A DNA stretch of 18,753 nt from a virus (IMGVR_UViG_2698536576_000004); one strand, 5' to 3'; shown: positions 7,194 through 15,347, counted from the stretch's first letter. Numbers and translations: made by a program. Notes: a model not told the origin generated them from the letters alone.

Positions 7194-8139
7194 ACGCCCA
7201 CTGGTTATAAACACACAGCTTGCGATGAAGATTGGCTTAAATGAAGCCATTGTGTTGCAGCAGTTGCATTACTGGTTGAGAGATACCAATTCCGGCATGG
7301 AATGTGATGGTGTTCGCTGGATTTACAACACAACGGAACAATGGCTGGAACAGTTCCCATTCTGGTCAGAGTCAACGTTAAAGCGCGCGTTTGCAAGTCT
7401 GAAAACGCTGGGGCTTTTGCGTTGTGAAAAGCTCAATAAATCAAAGCGCGATATGACCAATTTCTACACGATTAACTATGGGAGCGAGCTTTTAGATGAT
7501 GGCAAATTGAGCGAATCCATCGGTTCAAAATGCGCCGCTCCATCAGGTCAAAATGACACGATGGAAGAGGTCAAAATGAAACGCTCCATTGGTTCAAAAC
7601 GACCCAATGTCATCGGGTCAAAATGGCCTGATGATCTTACAGAGAATACAACAGAGATTACTACAGAGAATAAAAACACTTTTCGTCCGGAAGCTTCGCA
7701 ATCGGACCCGCAGACAGCTGAACAGAATTATTTAACCCAATATCCTGACGCGGTGGTTTTCAGTGCTAACAAACGTCAGTGGGGGAATCAGGAGGATTTG
7801 GCGTGTGCGCAATGGATCTGGGCACGAATCGTGAGCCTTTACGAACAGGCCGCCAGTGATGATGGCGAGATCATGCGACCAAAAGAGCCTAACTGGACTG
7901 CCTGGGCTAATGACGTGCGCACAATGCGGATGCTGGATGGCAGAAGCCATAAACAAATTTGCGAAATGTTTGGTCGGGTTCAGCGAGATCCATTCTGGGT
8001 AAAAAACATCATGAGCCCTTCAAAGCTCCGCGAAAAATGGGATGAACTGGTCATTCGCCTGGGGCGTTCACCTGTACAGCGTTGTGTGAATCATATTTCT
8101 GAGCCGGACAGCGAAATTCCACCGGGATTCAGGGGGTAG
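7174..8139 (+). CDS. Phage replication initiator/replisome organizer with DnaT-like C-terminal domain
   Basis: N-terminal wHTH-like 'LVINTQLAMKIGLNEAIVLQQLHYWL'. C-terminus '...ISEPDSEIPPGFRG' closely resembles the E. coli DnaT (primosomal protein I) C-terminus as recalled. Contains an internal iteron array. Start at ATG 7174 chosen; the ORF is open from 7120 (TTG). Confidence 0.8.
   Translation: MSLLFAERPLVINTQLAMKIGLNEAIVLQQLHYWLRDTNSGMECDGVRWIYNTTEQWLEQFPFWSESTLKRAFASLKTLGLLRCEKLNKSKRDMTNFYTINYGSELLDDGKLSESIGSKCAAPSGQNDTMEEVKMKRSIGSKRPNVIGSKWPDDLTENTTEITTENKNTFRPEASQSDPQTAEQNYLTQYPDAVVFSANKRQWGNQEDLACAQWIWARIVSLYEQAASDDGEIMRPKEPNWTAWANDVRTMRMLDGRSHKQICEMFGRVQRDPFWVKNIMSPSKLREKWDELVIRLGRSPVQRCVNHISEPDSEIPPGFRG
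7522..7626. repeat. Iteron-like direct repeats (GG(T)TCAAAA(T)G x5, 22-26 bp period) inside the replication gene; putative ori
   Basis: Copies at 7522, 7546, 7569, 7591 and 7617, followed by an A/T-rich segment with ACAGAGA(A/T)TA x3 (7640-7675). Architecture parallels ori-lambda inside gene O. Gives the protein its repeated 'IGSK' motif. Confidence 0.6.
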
Positions 8140-8141
8140 GT

Positions 8142-8354
8142 ATGCACAGCAGTAATCAACAGGCCGCAATCCAGCATTTGCTGGAGAACGGGGAAGCCAC
8201 GTTCCGGGAGCTGGCTGATGCTCTTGGTGTGACCAACAAGAAAATTCAAAACCTGCTCCAGAACATACAGCGGTACGGGCAGCTTGTGCGGGAGGGGAAA
8301 AAATATCGGCTGGTACCGAACTGGCAGGAAAAATCTGCATTGCAAAAGCGGTAA
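8142..8354 (+). CDS. Hypothetical small protein, possible winged-helix DNA-binding fold
   Basis: 70-aa ORF. ATG at 8142 three nt after the replication-gene stop, with GGGGG/AGG SD. Sequence 'FRELADALGVTNKKIQNLLQNIQRYGQLVREGKKYRLV' looks HTH-like. Confidence 0.6.
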   Translation: MHSSNQQAAIQHLLENGEATFRELADALGVTNKKIQNLLQNIQRYGQLVREGKKYRLVPNWQEKSALQKR

Positions 8355-8603
8355 CCGAAAGGTCAACAGCGTCGAAACAGGCTGCGGCGCAGGAATGTCG
8401 CCGGAACAGCAACGGATACCAGAGACAAAAAATTTTGGGGAGTAGTCGGGGAGTCGGTAACAGAGCTTAGGTAGAGCAATTGATGCCAACTGACCTCTAA
8501 CGTTTTGTTTCATGTTGTCATTATGTTTCAATTTAGTGGAATTGTTAATAAAATGTTTTTATAATTAAAAACCAAACTACAGATAGCATGGAGCTTTTGT
8601 TCA

Positions 8604-10160
8604 ATGAATGCCTATAAATTCAGAAATAATGATGAGATTGGAAAATTAGAGGCGGAAACTGATTCTTATCTTGATGCTTGTTTTTATGAGTCCAATGTTT
8701 TTAAAGGTATTGTGAATTTTGACTCTACTGAGAAGAATCCTGATTTTACAAGAAGAATTATTGTTGGAAGAACAGGAAGCGGTAAGTCTGCGTTGCTTAA
8801 AAAAATATTAGACAAAGGAAATATTAAGCTGCATGACACAATAGAGGCAGAAAATACGATATTTGAACATATTAATAACAATGTGTTTATATCTGATTTG
8901 ATCTCGAAAGGGATAGATTTACGTGGGTTTTATAAATCGTTATGGCTGCATGTATTACTTATGAAAGTTATACCAGCCGTTTATCGTTCTTCCTATCAAA
9001 GCTTTTTTGAGGAAATTAAAGATCTTATTGGTGGTAAGAAGAAACCGTATAAACCAGAAGTTGCGAATGATTATATTGAACAATTTAAAGAAAATTTCTT
9101 CAATGATAAAGCGCTCATTGAAATAAGTAACAAGCTTGAAAGTGATTTGTCATTCAAACTCGGAAATTCCGCTGTTGGTGTGGGTGGTAAAATATCTAAT
9201 TCTGATACAGCCAAAATACAATCAGAAACTTCAAGTTATGTGAGTCGTGAACTTCTTTTTAAACAAAAAGAACTTATTAAAATACTTAAAGAGGAGTTCG
9301 CTGACTCAAACCAGGTTAGAATAGTAATCAGTATCGATGATTTAGATAAATCTTGGTTAAGCACGAGCGCCATCAGATATGACTTTATTAATGCTCTTCT
9401 TGAGGCCTTTCGAGAATTATTAGATATAAAGTCGGTTAAGGTTCTGATATCAATAAGAACAGATATTTTAATGGGAATTTATAAAAGTAGTTTAAGGCAG
9501 GATGAGAAAGATCAATCTTTAATATATTCCATATCATGGAATAAAACGGAAATAAGAGAGATTATTGATGCTAGAATTAACCATTTGGTTAAAAATAGAT
9601 ATCAATCAAATAAGTCTGTATTAATGAAGGATATTTTTAATTTTACAGTTGAAGGTATTGGAGCAGATGATTATATCCTTGACAGAACAATGCTTAGGCC
9701 TAGAGATGCAATTAATTTCGTAAATATATGTCTTTCTGAGTGCGATGGTATGGTTAACATGAATGAAAATATTGTGTTAATTGCCGAAGAGAAATTTTAT
9801 TCATCCAGAAAGAGAGCTTTGGTTACAGAATGGAAAAGCATATATCCGTTTATCGAAGAATATTTGGATGTGCTTTCCTTGATTTCATTTTCTGATTTTA
9901 CAGTCTCAAACATAGGACAAGCAGTAAAAGATGATATATCGCAGCATTTACTTGATAGATTGACTGTAGTTAAAGAGGATGATCAACATACAAAAATATT
10001 GATGAATTTTGAGGAGTTACTTAAAGTCTGGTTCGTCGTAGGCGTGGTTGGCATAAGGAAAACAGCATCTTTAATTATATATTCATCTTTTGATAAACCT
10101 AATTTGGATATTACTGATATGAAGAGAGATTTTGTAATACATCCGTTGTTTGATAGGTAA
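8604..10160 (+). CDS. P-loop NTPase, 518 aa, KAP-like Walker motifs; AT-rich cargo gene, candidate defense/abortive-infection protein
   Basis: Walker A 'GRTGSGKS' (nt 8766-8789). Walker B-like 'RIVISIDDLDK' (IDDLD at nt 9333-9347), resembling the KAP-family hhhhDDLDR. Possible Arg motif 'LRPRDAINF'. Markedly lower GC than flanking genes (by eye, not computed). Preceded by an AT-rich promoter-like region (8500-8600). Confidence 0.85.
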   Translation: MNAYKFRNNDEIGKLEAETDSYLDACFYESNVFKGIVNFDSTEKNPDFTRRIIVGRTGSGKSALLKKILDKGNIKLHDTIEAENTIFEHINNNVFISDLISKGIDLRGFYKSLWLHVLLMKVIPAVYRSSYQSFFEEIKDLIGGKKKPYKPEVANDYIEQFKENFFNDKALIEISNKLESDLSFKLGNSAVGVGGKISNSDTAKIQSETSSYVSRELLFKQKELIKILKEEFADSNQVRIVISIDDLDKSWLSTSAIRYDFINALLEAFRELLDIKSVKVLISIRTDILMGIYKSSLRQDEKDQSLIYSISWNKTEIREIIDARINHLVKNRYQSNKSVLMKDIFNFTVEGIGADDYILDRTMLRPRDAINFVNICLSECDGMVNMNENIVLIAEEKFYSSRKRALVTEWKSIYPFIEEYLDVLSLISFSDFTVSNIGQAVKDDISQHLLDRLTVVKEDDQHTKILMNFEELLKVWFVVGVVGIRKTASLIIYSSFDKPNLDITDMKRDFVIHPLFDR

Positions 10161-10390
10161 TAGCAATGTGAATATGTTGAGACTACTGGAAAAGCTATAA
10201 CTCCTTTAGTAAAGTTTCCGTGGGTGCTTGAGGCTATCTGTCTCAGGCATGAACACCAAAGGCAGATAGAGAAAAGCCCCAGTTAACATTACGCGTCCTG
10301 CAAGACGCTTAACATTAATCTGAGGCCAATTTCATGCTAGACACATGTAGGTTAGCCTCTTACGTGCCGAAAGGCAAGGAGAAGCAGGCT

Positions 10391-10546
10391 ATGAAGCAGC
10401 AAAAGGCGATGTTAATCGCCCTGATCGTCATCTGTTTAACCGTCATAGTGACGGCACTGGTAACGAGGAAAGACCTTTGCGAGGTACGAATCCGAACCGG
10501 CCAGACGGAGGTCGCTGTCTTCACAGCTTACGAACCTGAGGAGTAA
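10391..10546 (+). CDS. hokD: Hok/Gef-family membrane toxin (HokD/RelF-type)
   Basis: 'MKQQKAMLIALIVICLTVIVTALVTRKDLCEVRIRTGQTEVAVFTAYEPEE', 51 aa, matches HokD/RelF as recalled. SD AAGGAGAAG upstream. In-frame upstream extension from 10334 not annotated separately. Confidence 0.9.
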   Translation: MKQQKAMLIALIVICLTVIVTALVTRKDLCEVRIRTGQTEVAVFTAYEPEE

Positions 10547-10613
10547 GAGACCCGGCGAGGGAGAAATCCCTCGCCACCTCTGATGTGGCAGGCATCCTCA
10601 ACGCACTCGCACT

Positions 10614-10641
10614 TAACCCGCTTCGGCGGGTTTTTGTTTTT
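10614..10641 (+). terminator. Rho-independent terminator downstream of hok
   Basis: Stem CCCGC-TTCG-GCGGG (10617-10630) followed by TTTTTGTTTTT. An additional hairpin GCGAGGGA...TCCCTCGC at ~10553-10575 is typical of hok mRNA 3' structure. Confidence 0.7.
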
Positions 10642-10762
10642 ATTTTCAACGCGTTTGAAGTTCTGGACGGTGCCGGAATAGAATCAAAAATACTTAAGTA
10701 GCGCGCAGGGATAAGAGGGATGGTCCCTTAAAGGGGAGAGCTAATTATCCGGAAGGATTCTG

Positions 10763-11014
10763 ATGATGAACATCGAAGAACTGCGTAAAATTTTTTGTGA
10801 AGATGGCCTCTATGCTGTGTGCGTTGAAAATGGAAATCTTGTTAGTCATTACCGCATTATGTGTTTGCGAAAGAATGGGGCTGCGTTAATTAATTTTGTG
10901 GATGGTCGAGTGACAGACGGATTTATCTTGCGCGAAGGTGAGTTTGTCACTTCATTACAGGCACTGAAAGAGATCGGAATAAAAGCAGGCTTTTCAGCTT
11001 TTGCAGAAGAATAA
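10763..11014 (+). CDS. rem: Rem-like small prophage protein (function unknown)
   Basis: 83-aa ORF. GGAAGGA SD 5 nt upstream of ATG. Position immediately downstream of hokD matches Qin rem (83 aa); identity assigned from memory of gene order and size. Confidence 0.6.
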   Translation: MMNIEELRKIFCEDGLYAVCVENGNLVSHYRIMCLRKNGAALINFVDGRVTDGFILREGEFVTSLQALKEIGIKAGFSAFAEE

Positions 11015-11080
11015 ACTCATCTACAATCTTGCGCGGGGCTGAACTCCCGCTGAGTAACACCGTGCCACCGGAGAAAACCG

Positions 11081-11359
11081 ATGGCACGCAACGTAAAATA
11101 TTACAATTCTGATAATTCGCCCGTTCTTGCCTGCACGCACGGGCGGTATTCTCACGCATTCAAGTCTGAATGGTTCCAGCACCCTCCATGCACTGCAGAA
11201 CAGGCCGAATGGCTGATTCATTCTTACCGCAGGCGCGGGTTCGAGGTTAAGAAAGCTCTCAGTCTCGACTATCGGCACTGGATAATCTCTGTCAGGCTGC
11301 CTTATTCCGAACGCCCACCACGTGCGTCCCGCACTTTCCAGCAACGGATCTGGAGGTAA
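11081..11359 (+). CDS. Hypothetical 92-aa protein
   Basis: ATG at 11081 with GGAG 8 nt upstream. Its stop TAA (11357-11359) lies inside/next to the SD of the following GTG-start gene, suggesting translational coupling. Confidence 0.5.
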   Translation: MARNVKYYNSDNSPVLACTHGRYSHAFKSEWFQHPPCTAEQAEWLIHSYRRRGFEVKKALSLDYRHWIISVRLPYSERPPRASRTFQQRIWR

Positions 11360-11360
11360 C

Positions 11361-12410
11361 GTGCGGGTATTACTTAGACCTGTTCTGGTGCCTGAGCTTG
11401 GGCTGGTGGTCCTTAAGCCGGGCCGTGAATCCATACAGATATTTCATAATCCTCGAGTGCTGGTGGAACCGGAACCAAAAAGCATGCGTAATCTGCCATC
11501 CGGAGTCGTTCCTGCCGTTCGCCAGCCGCTGGCGGAAGACAAAACATTGCTGCCGTTTTTTAGTAACGAACGGGTGATTCGTGCTGCTGGCGGCGTTGGC
11601 GCATTGTCTGACTGGCTATTACGTCATGTTACATCCTGCCAGTGGCCTAATGGCGATTACCATCACACTGAAACAGTCATTCACCGTTATGGTACCGGCG
11701 CAATGGTGTTGTGCTGGCACTGCGACAACCAACTGCGTGACCAGACATCGGAATCACTGGAGCTGCTTGCTCAACAAAATCTGACAGCATGGGTGATTGA
11801 CGTCATCCGTCACGCAATAAGCGGTACGCAGGAGCGGGAATTATCTTTGGCTGAATTATCCTGGTGGGCGGTCTGCAATCAGGTGGTGGATGCACTACCT
11901 GAGGCTGTATCGCGTCGTTCGCTGGGATTACCAGCGGAAAAAATCTGCTCGGTGTACCGCGAAAGCGACATCGTACCGGGAGAGCAGACCGCCACCAGCA
12001 TATTGAAACAACGCACAAAAAATCTTGCACCGTTGCCTTACGCCCACCAGCAACAAAAACCACCACAGGAAAAGACGGTGGTAAGCATCAACGTTGATCC
12101 AGAGTCTCCGGAATCTTTCATGAAGCTGCCTAAACGTCGCCGCTGGGTTAAGGAGAAATACACTCGTTGGGTTAAGACACAGCCGTGTGCTTGCTGCGGT
12201 ATGCCAGCCGACGATCCGCATCATCTGATTGGTCACGGGCAGGGCGGAATGGGAACAAAAGCACATGATCTCTTTGTGTTGCCTTTGTGCAGAAAGCATC
12301 ACAACGAGCTGCATACGGATACAGTGGCATTTGAAGAGAAGTATGGCTCCCAACTGGAGCTGATATTTCGTTTTATCGATCGCGCGCTGGCAACTGGCGT
12401 ACTGGCGTAA
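11361..12410 (+). CDS. ydfU: DUF968-family prophage protein (YdfU-like) with C-terminal Cys/His-rich HNH-like motif
   Basis: 349-aa product if started at GTG 11361 (GGAGG 4 nt upstream). C-terminal 'CACCGMPADDPHHLIGHGQGGMGTKAHDLFVLPLCRKHHNELH'. Position between rem and Q as in Qin. The ORF is open from 11322. Confidence 0.7.
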   Translation: MRVLLRPVLVPELGLVVLKPGRESIQIFHNPRVLVEPEPKSMRNLPSGVVPAVRQPLAEDKTLLPFFSNERVIRAAGGVGALSDWLLRHVTSCQWPNGDYHHTETVIHRYGTGAMVLCWHCDNQLRDQTSESLELLAQQNLTAWVIDVIRHAISGTQERELSLAELSWWAVCNQVVDALPEAVSRRSLGLPAEKICSVYRESDIVPGEQTATSILKQRTKNLAPLPYAHQQQKPPQEKTVVSINVDPESPESFMKLPKRRRWVKEKYTRWVKTQPCACCGMPADDPHHLIGHGQGGMGTKAHDLFVLPLCRKHHNELHTDTVAFEEKYGSQLELIFRFIDRALATGVLA

Positions 12411-12423
12411 GTGGAGAACGAGC

Positions 12424-13176
12424 ATGAACCTTGAAGCCTTACCAAAATATTACTCCCCAAAATCTCCAAAATTGAGCGATGACGCTCCAGCGACAGGCAC
12501 CGGTTGTTTAACAATTACGGATGTAATGGCAGCGCAGGGGATGGTGCAGTCGAAAGCACCACTTGGGTTGGCCTTATTTCTGGCAAAAGTTGGTGTTCAG
12601 GACGCTCAGTTTGCGATTGAAGGCCTGCTAAATTACGCGATGGCACTGGATAACCCGACATTGAACAAATTGAGTGAAGAAATCCGGTTACAGATTATTC
12701 CTTACCTCGTGAATTTTGCCTTTGCTGATTACTCCAGGTCTGCGGCAAGTAAGGCTCGCTGTGAGCATTGTTCAGGTACGGGATTTTATAATGTATTGCG
12801 CGAAGTGGTGAAACACTACAGACGCGGGGAATCTGTAATCAAGGAAGAATGGGTGAAGGAACTATGTCAGCATTGCCATGGTAAGGGCGAAGTCAGCACA
12901 GCGTGCAGAGGGTGTAAGGGGAAAGGGATTGTTCTGGATGAAAAAAGAACCCGGTTTCATGGCGTACCGGTATATAAGATTTGTGGGCGTTGTAATGGAA
13001 ACCGGTTTAGTCGTTTACCGACCACGCTGGCACGACGTCATGTCCAGAAGCTGGTACCAGACCTGACCGATTATCAGTGGTATAAGGGGTATGCGGACGT
13101 CATTGGTAAACTGGTAACAAAGTGCTGGCAGGAAGAAGCATACGCGGAAGCGCAATTGAGGAAGGTGACGAGATAA
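12424..13176 (+). CDS. quuQ: Late-gene antitermination protein Q
   Basis: 250 aa. Cys-rich zinc-binding motifs 'CEHCSGTG', 'CQHCHGKGE', 'CRGCKGKG', 'CGRCNG'. GGAGA SD 7 nt upstream. Followed by a promoter/terminator pair typical of PR'/tR'. Confidence 0.85.
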   Translation: MNLEALPKYYSPKSPKLSDDAPATGTGCLTITDVMAAQGMVQSKAPLGLALFLAKVGVQDAQFAIEGLLNYAMALDNPTLNKLSEEIRLQIIPYLVNFAFADYSRSAASKARCEHCSGTGFYNVLREVVKHYRRGESVIKEEWVKELCQHCHGKGEVSTACRGCKGKGIVLDEKRTRFHGVPVYKICGRCNGNRFSRLPTTLARRHVQKLVPDLTDYQWYKGYADVIGKLVTKCWQEEAYAEAQLRKVTR

Positions 13177-13207
13177 ATGATTTTTGCTGAAGATGGCGAC
13201 ATGATGT

Positions 13208-13236
13208 TTGCATTTTTCAAAAAACATGGATAAGAT
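13208..13236 (+). promoter_or_regulatory. Candidate late promoter (PR'-like) downstream of Q
   Basis: TTGCAT (13208-13213), 17-bp spacer, TAAGAT (13231-13236). A qut-type Q-utilisation site would be expected to overlap. Inferred from position and hexamers only. Confidence 0.35.
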
Positions 13237-13282
13237 TTTCTCAACGATGGGCTTTGTGTATCCGACGTTTAGAAAAAAGTAG

Positions 13283-13307
13283 AAAACCCGCTTATAAGCG
13301 GGTTTTT
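13283..13307 (+). terminator. Intrinsic terminator (tR'-like), potentially bidirectional
   Basis: Perfect stem AAAACCCGCTT/AAGCGGGTTTT around a short loop, with an A-run upstream and T-run downstream. About 105 bp past the Q stop. Confidence 0.65.
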
Positions 13308-13655
13308 GTGCTTTAAATGGGGCAATAGAGATATTGAATCTCATCCCGGGATAAACATTGGCAGTTGAAGGTCCACGCGAACCATTTATCCAGCAAAATT
13401 CCACGCGTAATCCTGTGGTAATTTCTTCTGCATCTCGAAGATTGAGAGCTGAAACGTGAAGCTGGGCATCGATACGCCATCGGATGGGAATATAAGACCT
13501 TTGCTGCTTTTGTAGTCAAAGTTTTTGACAATTCCTGTCATTTTAGGGGACAGAAAAACTCCTTAATACTGATAACCGGGTGCACCATACACACGTTCCT
13601 GGAGAAAACTACTTTTTTGATAGGATTGAAGGTGGCTGGATGTCTAAAATAAACA

Positions 13656-13684
13656 TTGCTTCATATGTTCAACTATGAGTTAAT
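13656..13684 (+). promoter_or_regulatory. cspB-like promoter (TTGCTT-17-GTTAAT) preceding a ~160-nt cold-shock 5' UTR
   Basis: Same hexamer architecture as the promoter upstream of the second csp gene (16558-16586). UTR contains a GCCGAAAGGC element near the RBS, similar to the cspA-family 5' UTR. Confidence 0.45.
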
Positions 13685-13851
13685 GACTGCGTCGGTTTGA
13701 AGAACAGACGATATACGAAGTAGTTTACTAAAGCAGTTCTCATTTCAGGTGTTATTCACTTATTCCTTCTTTGAGTCTCTCCAATTAAGTACGAAGTCGT
13801 TTCTGTTATGCAAACCATTTATGCCGAAAGGCTCAAGTTAAGGAATGTAGA

Positions 13852-14067
13852 ATGTCAAATAAAATGACTGGTTTAGTAAAATGGTTTAACGCTGATAAAG
13901 GTTTCGGCTTTATTTCTCCTGTTGATGGTAGTAAAGATGTGTTTGTGCATTTTTCTGCGATTCAGAATGATAATTATCGAACCTTATTTGAAGGTCAAAA
14001 GGTTACCTTCTCTATAGAGAGTGGTGCTAAAGGTCCTGCAGCAGCAAATGTCATCATTACTGATTAA
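13852..14067 (+). CDS. cspB: Cold-shock protein (CspA family), CspB-like
   Basis: '[38 protein letters not shown]...' with RNP1 'KGFGFI' and RNP2 'VFVHF' motifs. 71 aa. AAGGA SD 7 nt upstream. Confidence 0.9.
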   Translation: MSNKMTGLVKWFNADKGFGFISPVDGSKDVFVHFSAIQNDNYRTLFEGQKVTFSIESGAKGPAAANVIITD

Positions 14068-14348
14068 AATTCATCGCTCGTCTGTATACGATAACGAAGA
14101 AGGCTGATGCCTGAGTAGAGATACGGACAGAGTAGTGAATATTGGATCTCTTTAATAAAAAGTAAGGAGGTCCAATACATGAAACAATGGCTAGCATATT
14201 TGGCAAAATCTTAATCAGGAAAAGTATGCTAACCATTGTGGTGAAGTGCAGGTTTGCTGCATGAATAGTTTTACAGCAGAAGCTAACTGCTGGCATGGCA
14301 AAACAAAGTGCGTAAGTGGATGACTCCCACAAAAAGCACCACAATCTC

Positions 14349-14371
14349 AAACCCGCTCAGGCGGGTTTTTT
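14349..14371 (+). terminator. Rho-independent terminator
   Basis: AAACCCGC-TCAG-GCGGGTTT followed by TTTTTATT. Lies ~280 nt downstream of cspB and ~60 nt beyond the 3' end of the convergent minus-strand zinc-ribbon gene. Confidence 0.7.
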
Positions 14372-14430
14372 ATTATCTGCTTTAAATATATTATTAAAAT
14401 ATAAAAAATACTTGTTACTAATAAAATCAA

Positions 14431-14601
14431 TCAGGCTACAGCTTTAAGATTTGTCTGGAATACTTTGTTGCAATGAGGGCAGATCAAAAGGGCACCTTTT
14501 TGTACTCTTGAAAAACTGTGTTCTGACTCTTGGGTGCAGTTTGGGCAGGAACATTTAACGAGATAATTACGGCGTGATTTTGAGTCTTTACGTTCTGACA
14601 T
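14431..14601 (-). CDS. Small zinc-ribbon protein (CxxC...CxxC), hypothetical
   Basis: 56-aa product 'MSERKDSKSRRNYLVKCSCPNCTQESEHSFSRVQKGALLICPHCNKVFQTNLKAVA'. AGGA ~9 nt upstream of ATG at 14599-14601. The ORF is open from 14652. Confidence 0.5.
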   Translation of the reverse strand: MSERKDSKSRRNYLVKCSCPNCTQESEHSFSRVQKGALLICPHCNKVFQTNLKAVA

Positions 14602-14819
14602 AGGCTTTTCCTGTATAAATGGCCGTATACAGTACACTAAATATGAAAACATTTCTCGTATTATTATTTTATATATGATTTTCTTTCAAAATAATTACCC
14701 ACATTTTTAATGTGTATGTTTTTTAGCGCCGTTGAGAACAACGTGTGCTGTCAAAACTACCCCGTAGACTCCGATCTTTTCAAACATATTGCACCATCCG
14801 TGTACATCGGGGTGAGGAT

Positions 14820-15035
14820 ATGAAATCAATGGATAAGTTAACAACAGGTGTTGCCTATGGCACATCGGCGGGTAATGCTGGTTTCTGGGCATTGCAGTTA
14901 CTCGATAAAGTAACTCCGTCACAGTGGGCTGCAATCGGTGTGCTGGGTAGCCTGGTTTTTGGCCTGCTGACGTATCTGACAAATCTTTATTTCAAGATTA
15001 AAGAAGACAGGCGTAAGGCTGCGAGAGGAGAGTAA
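14820..15035 (+). CDS. essQ: Class II holin (phage 21 S-type pinholin), dual-start 'MKSM'
   Basis: '[71 protein letters not shown]' (71 aa) closely matches S21/EssD-type holins. GAGGA SD. Two in-frame starts, Met1 and Met4 (holin/antiholin). Confidence 0.9.
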   Translation: MKSMDKLTTGVAYGTSAGNAGFWALQLLDKVTPSQWAAIGVLGSLVFGLLTYLTNLYFKIKEDRRKAARGE

Positions 15036-15039
15036 TCCA

Positions 15040-15347
15040 ATGACTCAAGACTATGAACTGGTTGTGAAAGGAGTCCGTAATTTTGAGAATAAAGTTACGG
15101 TAACTGTAGCCTTACAGGACAAAGAACGCTTTGACGGTGAAATTTTTGACCTGGATGTCGCCATGGACCGTGTTGAAGGAGCTGCGCTGGAGTTTTATGA
15201 GGCAGCAGCCAGAAGGAGCGTCCGGCAAGTCTTCCTGGAAGTAGCAGAAAAATTGTCAGAAAAAGTTGAGTCTTATCTGCAGCATCAGTACTCCTTTAAG
15301 ATTGAAAATCCTGCCAATAAGCACGAGCGTCCTCATCATAAATATAT

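Noticed and set aside
10334-10393. In-frame N-terminal extension of hok (ORF open from 10334)
   Set aside because: The 51-aa Hok product from ATG 10391 has its own strong SD and matches the family length. The extension is probably untranslated leader (the mok/sok regulatory region), not a longer protein.
10700-10735. Short palindrome AGGGA-tgg-TCCCT upstream of rem
   Set aside because: Only a 5-bp stem with a 3-nt loop. Too short to call a regulatory site or terminator without conservation data.
11021-12425. Minus-strand ORFs 11021-11434, 11803-12066 and 11928-12425 overlapping the DUF968 gene
   Set aside because: Antisense to a well-supported plus-strand gene. Products are Arg/Pro/Cys-rich. 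No independent support.
13015-13531. Minus-strand ORFs 13015-13404 and 13313-13531 across the Q 3' end and PR'/tR' region
   Set aside because: They overlap the Q gene and the terminator hairpin. Implausible composition. Likely spurious.
14057-14350. Minus-strand 97-aa ORF between cspB and the terminator
   Set aside because: Overlaps the cspB 3' end and runs through an A/T-rich intergenic region. Hydrophobic low-complexity product with no RBS. The plus-strand mini-ORF with a perfect SD is the better candidate in this region.
14707-14982. Minus-strand 91-aa ORF overlapping the holin gene
   Set aside because: Antisense to a well-supported holin. No RBS.
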